Source of the DNA: Ophelia neglecta
Lineage: Eukaryota
Length of the DNA stretch: 64,000 bases
Direction of reading: 5' to 3'
Assembly: GCA_965285935.1 (NCBI GenBank)
Contig: OZ260663.1
Location: 72,354,001 to 72,418,000 of the forward strand
The stretch's first letter is position 1. Each line of letters begins with the position of its first letter. The notes below the pieces were generated by a model. That model saw only the letters and a program-made list of their open reading frames with translations, was not told the DNA's origin and ran no database searches. Shown here piece by piece: positions 24,301-36,100 of the stretch. Both the position numbers and the translations under genes were made by a program.

Positions 24301-25661
24301 TATATACATATCACCATCAAAGGAAAAAAGACGTGGTTCTCTTGTAACTCTGAAATATGACTATCTCGGAATGATTTAAAGCTAAATACGTCATAAGGCG
24401 TAGATTTATTTTCGTGTCCACATTTATAGCCCTTTACTCACATCTTTTCGATGAATAGCACCATATCTCTCCTTCATAGTTGCTCAATTAGAATGCCTCA
24501 ACTGGTGGAAAGAAGAAGACAAGCAATTCCTCATAGTGCAGGAATGGAAGCAGTCATCAGGAATAGCTAATTGTTATGTAAGCAAAGGTTTATCTTGTAT
24601 GAAACTTTCCCGCCAGCACTATATATACTTTTAATATTGGAGTAGCGGCGATAATTTGCCTAATTAAAATTAAGTATCGATTTCTACCACTGTTTCGTTT
24701 CTGTATTTGTTTTATGAACAATGGTCATTACAATACATTTATAGAGTTTTCGTCAAACCGGAAATACAATACAGTTTGGGACGGATCACAGATGTAACCA
24801 TGCTGTCGATCACATAGCAAGTGAACAGGTGTCTTATATTCTACAGAACAAAAATGGTGAGTAAACCTAGCAGTATGGCGATCAGACGACCGTCTCTTCA
24901 GGTGCATTTTTGTTTCTCAAAAATGCCAGCATTTGTTTATACCAGTTGTATGAATATCAAATTTATTAGCGTTTAATTTGGATTTAATACTGGTGATTAG
25001 GAAGTGTTAAGCAAGACTGGGTCTGTCGATCTATCTGACCATATTATGTATACTCAGCGAGGATATAAGACGAGCCGAATGCTATATATATATATATATA
25101 CCCTTCTAACCCCATCGCTCTGTGATGGCCTATCTACATGTACGAAGATCATGGAAGTGACCATCTGATTGTCGGTGATAACTCTATATAGGTTGTCTGG
25201 GAACATAATGAACAGACCCAGCCAGTTGCTCGCTGAGCCTGTAGCATGATTAGGGGGTTGGGTCTCGATTGTGCAAAGATAAAGTGTCTCATAAGCCCAC
25301 TGTGGCTGGCCTTAATTTGCATTATAATGAAGAAAAACTATTTTCATCGTTCTTCCCAAATAAGCCACTTTCACGGTTGAGACATTCTAATTAAAATATT
25401 GTGTTCGCAGAAGAATGTCTGCCAGAGGTTACAGAACCGGAAGTGGGGGATGTCAAGCAGATAGACACAGATCAGACACAGGATCCTGGCGGGGGATACA
25501 ATTTGTTGGAAAACAAAAACAAGCAGGAGCAAAAGGAGGAAAAACAGCAATACACATCCGATCAAACCAACGGAACTTCAGATAATATCGCGTCTGACTG
25601 GCGGTACCAAACGTACACATTACTGGTCATTTTGATAATAAAAGTGTCTATAAATAGGTGA
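6260..25661 (+). CDS. 13-exon gene for a 582-aa secreted or GPI-anchored cysteine-rich protein of unknown function (DUF7044/DUF7042/DUF7043-type invertebrate family)
   Basis: All 12 introns are GT-AG with compatible phases (1,2,1,1,1,0,1,2,1,1,0,1). Exon lengths 64+151+68+81+174+110+109+244+140+147+98+112+251 = 1749 nt, one open frame from ACCATG (6260) to TGA (25659-25661). N-terminal signal peptide, repeated CxFPxxW and (C/S)P(F/Y)xG motifs, hydrophobic C-terminus. The family assignment comes from remembered motifs, not a database search. Confidence 0.9.
7524..7773. mobile_element. Possible decayed MITE with G-run interior
   Basis: Left end AGGGATGTTC vs reverse complement of right end AGGGCTACTC (7 of 10), with G-tracts inside. 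Weak. Confidence 0.3.
10139..10177. repeat. Compound microsatellite (AG)n(TG)n(G)n
   Basis: Directly visible. A similar (TG)n(G)n run starts near 18134. Confidence 0.85.
12683..12833 (+). CDS. Coding exon 2: GVWGEGCVFPKSWRGRWYQNGMGEVVIAQSNITKKGFCLERHRDYYLIQNR (start of domain A)
   Basis: Acceptor tttccttgcag, donor CAG|GTAAGA, phase 1-2, CxFPxxWxGxW motif. Confidence 0.92.
14918..16298. repeat. 33-bp minisatellite, 41 full units plus one degenerate unit, consensus ATGGTGAGGGGATAGGACCTGGAGAGGTG(G/A)AGT, in intron 2
   Basis: Units start every 33 nt from 14918 to 15578. One 32-nt unit lies at 15611-15642, then units recur every 33 nt from 15643 to 16270. Confidence 0.98.
18134..18265 (+). repeat. 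G-rich low-complexity tract with G-quadruplex potential
   Basis: Many runs of three or more G, including GGGGTTGGGGTTGGGGTTAGGG at 18196-18217. Confidence 0.75.
21228..21295 (+). CDS. Coding exon 3: EEHCHKCLIIMRRHHNIIQYKE(G)
   Basis: Acceptor cgttttatag, donor AAG|GTACGT, phase 2-1. Confidence 0.9.
21436..21516 (+). CDS. Coding exon 4: YCVGKDTLQAVCAQIRVEAVLYTLVR(E)
   Basis: Acceptor atatttacag, donor GAG|GTAAAT, phase 1-1. Confidence 0.9.
21694..21867 (+). CDS. Coding exon 5: PASPIPSPFEGAYHFTYNNNSGGFCRNPMSYVHQCASQSKFRFQFRYCDYAAYTYNK(E) (start of domain B)
   Basis: Acceptor tctgtgttag, donor AGG|GTAAGT, phase 1-1. Lies within track ORF 21666..21887. Confidence 0.92.
22079..22188 (+). CDS. 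Coding exon 6: LEYECLATWKDGSDLYMYGGFTGPGITTKDDMYRCF
   Basis: Acceptor ctctcaaacag, donor TTT|GTAAGT, phase 1-0, CLAxWxxG and YRCF motifs. Confidence 0.92.
22303..22411 (+). CDS. Coding exon 7: MYQKLGTVVYISMSADATCRGLRDSRDGPLVMEFTK(D)
   Basis: Acceptor cattttttcag, donor AAG|GTAAGG, phase 0-1. Confidence 0.92.
23356..23599 (+). CDS. Coding exon 8: VYGWPEPECAFPYWLTTDTWRDLSGRHTYRSPTDQELNVNYQHHRNMTSYIRTTYKCMRIEEENHTAIEMVTLLSYTIDQ(C) (start of domain A')
   Basis: Acceptor tttgatccag, donor ATG|GTAAAT, phase 1-2, CxFPxW motif. Missing from the ORF track because it has no early start codon. Confidence 0.88.
23750..23889 (+). CDS. Coding exon 9: APEFQCIRIVKRQPNVLEIIRGDFVTWNHQACTDSDFTAPTKHLLI(P)
   Basis: Acceptor tgtttcatacag, donor TAC|GTAAGT, phase 2-1. 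Aligns with exons 3-4. Confidence 0.9.
24035..24181 (+). CDS. Coding exon 10: LVMTSRPCPYSGRFTSPPDDQTLCQVEVTSECKSIGRLDIHSSCYSRP(V) (start of domain B')
   Basis: Acceptor gatgtttcag, donor CTG|GTACGC, phase 1-1. Lies within track ORF 24019..24210. Confidence 0.88.
24480..24577 (+). CDS. Coding exon 11: AQLECLNWWKEEDKQFLIVQEWKQSSGIANCY
   Basis: Acceptor ctccttcatag, donor TAT|GTAAGC, phase 1-0. Parallels exon 6 (ECLxxWK...xC[FY]). Confidence 0.88.
24745..24856 (+). CDS. Coding exon 12: SFRQTGNTIQFGTDHRCNHAVDHIASEQVSYILQNKN(E)
   Basis: Acceptor acatttatag, donor ATG|GTGAGT, phase 0-1. Parallels exon 7. Confidence 0.87.
25411..25661 (+). CDS. Coding exon 13 (terminal): ECLPEVTEPEVGDVKQIDTDQTQDPGGGYNLLENKNKQEQKEEKQQYTSDQTNGTSDNIASDWRYQTYTLLVILIIKVSINR*
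   Basis: Acceptor gtgttcgcag, phase 1 start, final Cys, low-complexity stalk, hydrophobic tail, TGA stop followed by an AT-rich 3' region. Confidence 0.85.
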
Positions 25662-26028
25662 TAATTCTATTACACTTTCTTTGTTATCATGGTTGTGTTC
25701 ATTGCTGAATGTATATATCAAATGTAAAAAAATAATATAACGCTTGACAGTAAGAATATTCGAGTGTGTAAGTCGACACGGTTATGTGTGATTTTATTCT
25801 CAGCCTATGTAAAATTGTGAGAAAAACATTATTTTGACTTCCAAAAATTCACAGTGTTTAGAAATCAACAACACATAGTTTGTTGTATAGGATCCACAAG
25901 GATTTGACATTAATGGCTTTATTCTTCCCAAAGGCATCCGACACGTGCTTATTTGACTATCGCTGGTAGCACTTTGACTGATTCTAGTAAAACTGAATGA
26001 ATGAAGTTAATATGATTGCTCTTTTTAT

Positions 26029-26282
26029 AATAAAAAAATCAAAATGTAGCTTTAGTATTGAAATTAAAGGGTATGGGTCTGTGTTTTTTGGTTACTGAAA
26101 AGTTAATATTAAGTAAGATAAAAAGTTATTTGGTATTCACATATACTTTTCTTTCTTACTATTTTAGTTCTAACTGTACCTCCGTCCCTGTAAATGTCCT
26201 CACAGTTTATAAAAAAAAACCTATAGAGTAATTATTTTAAATGAATTGTAAATTTTGGTGTAAGATGTGATTATCCAATAAA
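26029..26282 (+). terminator. Candidate polyadenylation signals of the 13-exon gene (AATAAA at 26029 and 26277)
   Basis: Canonical hexamers about 370 and 620 nt after the stop codon; the second is followed by T-rich sequence. The site actually used cannot be determined from sequence alone. Confidence 0.45.
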
Positions 26283-29200
26283 TTATTTTTATATCTAGAT
26301 ATTACAAACCTTTAATTTATATAGTGCGAAGCCATCTAAGAATGCAAATGGGCGGCTAGTGACATAAAGATTCAAATAGGGAACCATCTACGAGACCATT
26401 TATTGTGATGCTATTCAGCTAGTAAAACTAGTTTATATAATACTCCCGAAGCACGGGCTCAGATATATAGAGGTGAACAGTCACAGCATTAACAAAAAGA
26501 TTTATTGTCACTGAACACCTTCCATTTTGGATGAGTGATAACTGTCCCCACTGGATCTTCTCTGGATATTTACAGCTTTCTTTCATCTAACGTTGTTACT
26601 AGTTCCGGTGATGTGCCGGGATCGATTACCTCTCCCCAGGCTATTTTATGATCACTCGCTCGTGATTGCAATAAAGGCTATCGATCCCTTCCTTTGATGC
26701 CCAAGCATATCACTCAATGTGTCACATCAGAAACAATATTGAAAGTCTTCTGTGGCAAGCTTTCATCGAATCAGGTTTCGATTGCCAGTATTTGGCCTGC
26801 ATGCGTGAGACAAACATTCATAAGTATTCTGGACATCCTTCCAAAGAGTACAAATGCAGACAACGACGATAATTCATTAGAAATCTTAGAATGTAATATA
26901 AAAATTGAAGAGTCGGGTATCAATTCCTGAATCATATATTGTGCATGAACATAGAAGCCAATTCTCCAAGTCAAAGAACCGAAAGCTCTCAAGATCTGCT
27001 ATATTTAGAAGACTAGGGTCCACAATGAACCCGATGTTGCCCTTTCGTCAACTATATAAACCATGACGCAGGCAAACAAGTTTATTCCAGATCCAAATCC
27101 ATGCTCAGGTAAATTTATATTGCTGACGTTTTATTCCATATTCAGAGGTTTATGTTATATAATTTTAAAATGAGACTTGATATAATTAATCGTAATCAAC
27201 TGTTATACAAGAACAGTAGCAAAGCCACACAGAGTGAGCTTTGTATTCAATAACCTAAATTAATAACACTGTTACCGAGATCAGTCATGCACGATTATTG
27301 GTATAAAGTCAGCTTAGCCATCCTTCATGAGTGAAGATACCTATTGACACTAAGAACAAATGTCCTCAAAACATGCCGTTTTAGCAATGGATGCTTTCTG
27401 TCCATGGGCGTGGATTGGCCCTTCTTGAGGCAATTGCTGCACTGTACACATCTAAATGAAGTTATGAGGCTTGTTTTAGAACAGTAATTTTCTATAAGGC
27501 TTGATAAGGCTTATAACTTAAGAATGAGTTGTTTATTACCTACGGAAAACAAAACAAATTGATTATATTGAACTAATTGCTACTAAAAACACAGTATAGA
27601 CATTATAAAATAACCAATCAAACCACACAGCAGATCATCTACAGTTTTATACTTGTTTATTCATGGATTAATTTCAGAGAAACCTTTCCAGGCACTGTCC
27701 GTAATTTTTATGCCGGTTTATGCTATTTCTAAATTGCTTTTTCTTGATTTCATCAAAACTCACGCATAGATTTCCACATCCCCTGATCGAATCGAAAAGC
27801 CTCACAGAGTGATGACAGGGGTGTGTCTGCTGCAGCACTAAACTATCATTGGTTCAATATGAAAATTGGCTACAGGCGAGAGCAGGCGTGATTTACAAAG
27901 GAAAGTTATTTGGCTAGTGCCTTGATAATGGGACAGGCAAGGGGGAGTGATCTAAGGTTATGGGGGAATGCTTGTCCGCTCTATATTTTGAGTTTACAAA
28001 TCGTAGCTGTTCCTCACTGTAACAAGTAGAGCCTGGTCAAAATTAGCAAAGGTCAATTGTTTGGCTGGAAGATAGCATCAAATTACTTCCGATTATCTTG
28101 TTTGTCTATGGTTACCAACCGTCATATAGCACAAAAACCTCAATTGGGTGCTGCCCACCTGCAATTCAAATGCGGATATTTTGTTTTATACTTCGGAACA
28201 CATAATCACTTTCGTTAATGGGCAGAATGTCACCTAAATATGATGCCTTTTTCATGGCCTGTACTTCAGGTCAACAACATATTTTCAAGCAAATCTTTCC
28301 CTTGGGCAAACGCTCATTTAAAAATATAATTCGTTGGATGATCGTTGAACTAACTATTGCCTATATTTTATTTAGTGAATTCCGAATGCCGTGCGTTAAG
28401 GTAAATGTACATTCTGGTTTTCACCCTACCGACCTTCCTTGAATGGAACCCAATTGAGCATACGTGCAATAGCCAAGGTTAAGGGAACTATGGAAGTATC
28501 ATTTGAGCTCGGGCATGATCAGTGTACAAGCAACGGTGGTCTTTCATCTAAGAATGACGCCATTTATCAAATTCTTCCATGTTTCAATGGTGTAGATTAA
28601 CAGATGTTATAGCTGGGACAGTAACATGGTTGGCATATGTAGAAAGTCCAAGGCAATCAATTCAGGTTAGGGCTTTGTGCACGAAGGAATTTGCCTTGCT
28701 TTCTTGGCAGACCGAAGGACGTTCTGCTCAAGCTTGGCGTCTTCCATTGTAAATATATCGACTGCCTGCTCATTTAATTAACCAGCGTTAGGGATTCTCT
28801 GTTCCCTTCTTTTGTTGTAAATCGAAAAGAGGTTTCTATCAACGAATGAAGCGAATCTCGGATTGAGTAGAGTTTGTATCAATTGGATTATAGGAAAGAA
28901 TTGATAAGGCAATGCATCCTTTAATCTGATCAGCCGCCCCAAGTACAAAAGATTGATCGTATATTGTGTTAAACCAACCTGCATGAATTTCTATGAACTG
29001 CATGTAGTCACTCGCATTATATCATAACTTACGTATTTCATTTTGCAATGACTAATATTAAATAAAACGTTACAGGATTGATGAATCACACGTTATTTTC
29101 ATGTCTTCCAACTGGATGTTAAATTACTGAAATGTGAATCATATTACAATCACAATTCGTCCTTTGGATCCCTCAACGCATGTTTACATATGTCTTTTAA

Positions 29201-30039
29201 CGATCTTAAGGGACCGTCCATCTCTGCTCACTGCGCAAGATGGAACACTGCATGAAATTTTAATGATCGAATATTACCTATTCAGAAAGTTTTACGTTGG
29301 GGGATGCTCGATTACTCAGATAAGTGTTATTAATTGGCATCGAGTGTCAATGTTGTAAAATTGCAAAGCATGAAAGTATGAGCTACAACTGAATATACAT
29401 TAAATATATTGATTTAGTTAAACCACAATACATTGGTTATTAAAGAGAAGATCTTCCTAGCCTATAGCTCGCTCTTAATTTTTCATACCGTTCTATTGCC
29501 AAGGAACTGCCAATTGTTAAATCAATTGATATGAGCTGTCTATTGCTCATAGGTTATATTACAATATAGTTTTGACCACATGTTAATGCACAATGCAAAA
29601 CAGCAAACACATTAGATAGGATGTCATTACATATTTTAGTCGAATGCATGCAAAAGATAAAACAGCAAAAACGAACAATGTAACGTTAACTCTTGACATT
29701 TTATAACAACTCGCACTCGTATAGATAACAAAATTAAGACGAGTGCGAATGGCACAACTGAGATGTTATAGTTTTGCCAATATAATGTCAAAAGCAGAAA
29801 AAGCCAAACATTATTAATTAAAACCTGCCATCCCACAGAAAGTGGGCTCTGCATTAAACATAAACTAGCTTACTGAAACTGATAAGAAGTAGCTCCTATT
29901 ACATATTCATAGTTCTGTGAGTAAAATGACCAGTTGTGAATTTGCTATGCACGGACTCAATATGAAGGTATTAATATGCCTCTTTTTAAAGGTATCCAGA
30001 TAAGAATTGAATTCTGTCTTGTATGGTCGAGATTAATTA

Positions 30040-30171
30040 CAGTAAAACTTGGCCTAAAGGACACCTGACAATTAGGGACACACTGACTATTAAGGACATA
30101 AATAAAGAAAACTGAGAAAAGTGGACAGATTTCCCAGTCCCTTGGCTGTCCCTTAGTTTCAGGTTTCACTG
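30040..30171. mobile_element. Tc1/mariner (pogo-like) MITE, 132 bp
   Basis: TA on both sides (30038-39 and 30172-73). Terminal inverted repeats CAGTAAAACTT / AGGTTTCACTG match 9 of 11. Subterminal GGACA repeats on the left and inverted GTCC on the right. Confidence 0.75.
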
Positions 30172-33100
30172 TATTAAGAGAAAATTCCTGATTTCTGATA
30201 GTTTGAATGAGACTAGTCCTGGACGGTGGTACTCGGAGGTGGCTGCCTTGGGCTATATATGAGATAGATGTCTGACCCACACCTACTTTATATACACGTT
30301 TGGTGTCTTTTTGGGTACTTTCAATTTTACGGTTACCTTAATCTACCGAGTACATTAATACTTGTTGACCAATATTTGTATTCAATAAACCTAAAGTATA
30401 TGTTTATATGGCAAATAATCTAAATTAAAAACCGGGAAAATGCATACACTAAATATTCTTCTTCCCTGCCGCTAACATGTATAGAGCGTTTGAACATGCT
30501 TCATCACATGCTCATGTGCATAAAGGTTTGCCTGGGTTCATCATCCATTTAGTCTTACGCACGACTAAGCATCCTCATTTAGGCGCCGCAGTGGGAATCC
30601 AATCAGTTCAGATTCAATTAACACGTGATATAATGGCGCTCCTCGGGGCAGTCTCCTCTGAAGCTACTCGTGTTGGCCTAGCCTAACGAGTGAGGGATTA
30701 AGGCGCCTCGGTCTCTCCCGGCTAATCGCCCCAGGTGGGCCGGCAATGGGCAGGACAGATTGATCGCCGATTTATCTTATTGTTTATCTCATTGTTCCTC
30801 AACAGGCTTTAACGAGGTCAAATTTCTGTACCTTTATCAATCACGTCCAGGCAGTCGGACAGTTACTGCCATGGTCCATTGTTGAGGAGTGCCCGGTAAG
30901 TATGACTGCTCATCTTTGTTCAGATTTTATATTATTGAACAAATGAACAGATTTGCCTCACACTGACACACTGGCCCTAGTAACCATATCTTTTATAAAT
31001 TACGCTATTAATTGAACTTATAAAATTGGATTTAAAAAGCTTATCTTGGTTTTTGCAACCCAATCTGATCATGTATTTCCTGTTTTATTTGCTTGAACAT
31101 TGATTATATATGTCATCTTCCGGATACAGTAGAGCGGGATTCCTACCACTTTCTTCGTTGGGGGCCAGAAAGAACCCCATAACATCCCATTGGTTTTGCA
31201 TTTAAAAATTATTTCTTGGGGATTTCTGCCAAACACAATTATTGTCACTTGCACTAATTAATTGAAAATGATCATGTGTATGATTGTGATGTTATCAGTT
31301 ACTATAGCTTACAATGACTATAATATTTTAAATAGAAAAAGTAATATTGATTGAAGTTCCAAAAGACATCAGAAAAAAGACAATCTGTGATCTTGTCAAG
31401 TATCTGTCCCCTTTTTTTCTGTACTCGGTTTTGCTTATTAAACTGTATATCTTTTCTATCGACGATCCAGCCAACTGATAGGTACTTAGGTTCCTATACT
31501 CTCTTACATTACGGACTAGATAAGGGTAGCTCTAATTTATAGCAATGAAAGCTTGGTATGCCTAAATGCTGCTTACTAGGGACATAGAATATCGAGGTGT
31601 CACCTTTCCATCCATTCGGGCACATACAATGCAACCTACTGTTCGCCTGCCGTTTTAGGAAGTAAGTCCTATATGCTCAGACCGCTTTACCCGACGGTAT
31701 TAGGATGATGCTGCTACTATGCATTCACAGCACGCAGGCATTGGCCGGATGAATACCTTGTTTTAGCATCGTTCAGCAGGTTATTGAGCAGGAAAAAACT
31801 GCCACAAGCTTGAGTGCCTTATTTGCTCAACGCGATGCCATCAGTGAAGACGAGTTCTCTTAAGATGTGAGGCTGTAAATTTCGTTTGGTTATCAGTGGG
31901 GCTCGCCATTTTGTAGGTAGCGAATTCCGGATGAATGCTTTAAAACGTGTTCTAGCCTACCTTGATTTGTTCTTATGATATTATTTTCAAGTTAAAATTT
32001 TGAGCGATTTAAAAACAAATCAGAAGTCTCTACCAAGCGAGACATCACCAGGGTTGATTGGTTTTATTGTTAGCTTCAATTTTTATTGCAATTTCCTCAT
32101 TTGAGTAATTATAGTGTACAAACAATTAAAGTGTCATAGTAATAAGTCTGAAACTCGGAATAGGTATGAACCCTTTTACTTACATATTGGGTCATTCTCG
32201 ATTGGTGATTATGCATTGTCTGTCGGCTATCTACTCCCATTTGGACAAGGTTGTGATTGATACCCTTACTAATAAAACGGCAGTGCGTACCGAAAAGACC
32301 GAACAAAATCGGTGTTCATGAATAATTTATTGAATTGGTCCGAATTCATGGGGAACATCCGGCTGTAGGTGCCCAGTCTCCAATGCAATAAGTGTCAAAA
32401 CGACTGCACATTTATTATCAAAGCTGCCAGAAAGCCCAGTCACTTAAAACTGTAAGGAGATTCTGTGCCACTTGTGGCATCGTCCAACTTCAGAAGCAAG
32501 CTCTGTTTTATTCATTAACAGTGGATTTTAGCTATTGAAACCGTGATAGCGATGTCACCGAACGTTTACAGAGACCGCAGTTAATATAGTAGCTAATAAA
32601 TGACATGTAACAAAAGAGAACCGTATACCTGGGAGATAAAAGAAGATCATTGTAAAGAATAAGTACCTTGATGCAAAGCCGTTCACGCGCTGATCATCAT
32701 ACCTAGAACGGTCACATGTTGAAATAAGTTACTTGTTGCTTATAAATAAAATAGTGCTTTTATAACAAAATATAGGATTCTTTGAGGACATATTAATTTT
32801 TGTTTAGGTCCTTATCTTTTTTGTGTCTGTCAAAGACCCCATTTAATTGCATTTCTGCCAATGAGACGTTATCAAAGTAGACATAAGATGCAAAATATGC
32901 GACCGATATGTAAAGGAATGACCAACAAAAAAGCTTCATAGTTTTCAAAGTTCAGTAGCCACTCAAAGGGCATCGTCCAAACAAGCCGCGAATCTGAAAT
33001 GCCATAACTTCACCTACAGAAGATTTGCATTTAGGTCTCTTCTCGTCAATAAAGTTGTCTTGTCCAAACTCCATATATCGCCTGATATTCCTCTGAGGTT

Positions 33101-36100
33101 GATGGTTTAATGACGATGACTGAATTCAGAGTGAAACATGGGGTAATTTGATTTGACGCCAATTCCTTGGCCTCCGGCAGCGCCTCACCATGCTCATGGT
33201 ACATGGAGTTACTCTTTGCTCTCTTAATGTCTAGGAAGCACAATTCAATTGATTATGCCGTATCTTTCTGCCTGCACTCCCTCATCGCATGTCAATTTTG
33301 ATCATACTGTGGTATTGACGGAAACTGGGTTCCTTTCTGTCAAGTCTTACCAGTATATAGCATGGCGATGCTGTTAGTAAATGGTCAAAATACCATAAAT
33401 GTGGGTGTCACTTACTTTACTTAAATTATGAATATATGAATGCCCCCAAACAAGAAGGCTTATTTGAAATTGTATTTCTCTAAAGTTAGTGACACCAAAA
33501 ACACGGTTCTACTTCTACTCATTTAAATGTAATTGGCCCGAAATTCTTAGATCAATAAGAGGCATATTTGAAACAATTAATGCTCGTTTTTTAAATAGTA
33601 TTATTGCCCAGAGAAACTCTTTCCAAATGGAGGATAAATAAATAAACACGTACTGTGAGAATAAACGTAATGACAATGGCACATCAGTTTCTAGATTCCT
33701 CTATCAATGGTTACGCTATTTACAATAGCTGTTCCATCTAAACAGCTGACATATACGCAGTAATACATTGTATGTATTAACCTGTACGCGTTATTTCTAA
33801 TCAAGATCGGATTTTGCTAACTTCGTATTGTGGATTGGCGTGGGTTATCCACCAGTTCCCGTAGTGTGATGTACGTATCCAGGGCACTGAACTAGCCCCA
33901 GGGTGAGATAAAACAAAACAAAAAGACCATGTTTGTGTAGTCATTTTGTCTTCGTGCGTAATTGGCCCGCGGCAAATAGGCCCAGTAGATACATTGCGGC
34001 ACTTGTAGTTCAAGTGCAATGGATCGCAATGGTAATCACATTATCACGAAAACAAAGACCTAATCAACCAGGTAATTCTCTAATGTCACATCCGAGGACT
34101 ATGGTGGGACATTGAGTGATGAACTAAGGCCAAAGCATCACCATTTTAGGAATTTTGCAGGTTGACAATTGAGTCCAGTGGAAATGTGTAACAGAGGATA
34201 TCGTGTGACCAGCCTCGGTTTGGATGTTAAACCAGAAGCTGTTCCATTTGAGGCCAACGTTTAATTTTAGTGACTGAGAATTGAGTAACAGTTATACCGC
34301 TTTATCGCGACCCCCTTGTGGTCTTTTCATGAACATCAGACAACAGGTTTCGAGTGTGACAAAAACGTCAAAAAACCTCTTGCTACGACGCTGGGACACT
34401 AGAGAATTTTTGCGAAAAATGAAAATAGCACATACATGACCATGTTCATAGTCTCACAGTTCTTATAGGCCTATAATTATGATGCTTCCTGATTCCTTTC
34501 ATAGAGAACATCTGTGTCAAATCTGAAGAAAAGGAATTAGTGATACTGCTCTTGATAATTGCTATTTAACACGTTTTAATTGTCCTGTCCATTACTTGAT
34601 AATAGCTCAACCCCATTAACAGTTTTGTTTAATATGTTCTACATGCCATATAAAATACGCATACTGGCATGTTTCCTTAGACCAGCGGTCAGTTGATGAC
34701 CTACACTATGTATAGACTTTCCATGTACACTGAAACCTGCAAAGGGTAATACAATTAACTATGTTCCCAAATGGAGCTATCCAGCGCCTGTGACATCCGT
34801 CCATGTTACAATACAATGAACATTGAAGCCCAATAACTCTACAAGCCGTTACATCCGACACTCTTGATATATTTCTGTCATATTTTTAAATCATTCTATT
34901 ATAAATGGAGCTCCATTGTCTGGGTGACGGCTTAGGAGCCAAATCCATCTTGCCCACATAAAAGACCATGTTGCTCCAGGGGCTGAACGCTGGGCTGCTC
35001 CTATACAGCTTTAACAGAGCTCAGCTGCGACCCGGTTGAGTCTCTTTTAACTGTATTCAGTTGACCATTGCACCAGGGGATCTGCTCGGTGGTTGCGTTA
35101 GATCAGTTTCGGTGATATAGGTTTTGCTTCAACCAATGCAATGGAAACGAAAGTTTATCTTACTGATATGTGGCCAAGTTCGACCATTACTTAATTTACA
35201 TTATTAAAGTCATTTCTTTAATTATTGTGGCTTATTATTATCTGGTCTATTTTACAAACCTGGAAATAATTGGTTACTTGAACAGTGACATTGATTGTCG
35301 ATACAAAACAGTTAACAAACAACGTAATATTGTACCTTTCTGTGCTTAGATTATCCAATGGTGTGGAATATAGCACAAGCTAAATTATACCTTTATGAAA
35401 TGATACCAAGTACTTTTCTGTCTTAAAGAATACATTTTTCAGGAACCCTTCCTTGAACATACATGCTACAAGGTTGTCTTTCAAAATTGTGTATCTACCT
35501 TTTTAATATAAGCGAGGGTCATAGGCCTATATCCGTCAGCTTTCATGTCGAAGAAGTTTGTTAGTTGGTATTAAACACCTTTATGAGCATTTTCATAGGC
35601 GCTGCATATGGTTTCTTCCATGCTCACAAGTTTATGGCGGAAATCACAGTTTTACTGTATTGGCCTTTAAATTATATTTAAAAGGTTGAAACCGTAGGTA
35701 TGCGCATCAACAACAACACAGCCTACGACTTCACGCATGTGACAGGATCTTGCTATAAACTGAAGGTAAACGTCAGAACATTTAAAACAATTTATTTTTG
35801 AAAATACGTACACGTTCGAAAGTCGTTAAATCAGTACAAAAAAAAGAAACCCTGTGAATGGCAGCTATCACCAAGATAAACCTCGAGGCTCGGTAGGGCA
35901 AAGAGCGTTATCTGGTTTCAATGTTGTCATTCTAGGGATTTTTGAGCCATTCATTTTGTCGGCCAAATTCAGAGGCACTCGAATATCTTTTTTTGAATTC
36001 TTTCGAAAGAAAGGCTGTCCATATTTTCAGTAAATGGATATAATTATGTACACTAAATATGACATCTTCTGCCGACTTCTCATAGAAAACACCATCCTAT

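Noticed and set aside
22411-25411. Shorter 335-aa gene model splicing exon 7 directly to the terminal exon
   Set aside because: It is phase-compatible, but five additional in-phase exons with homologous motifs lie in between. It could exist only as an unproven skip isoform.
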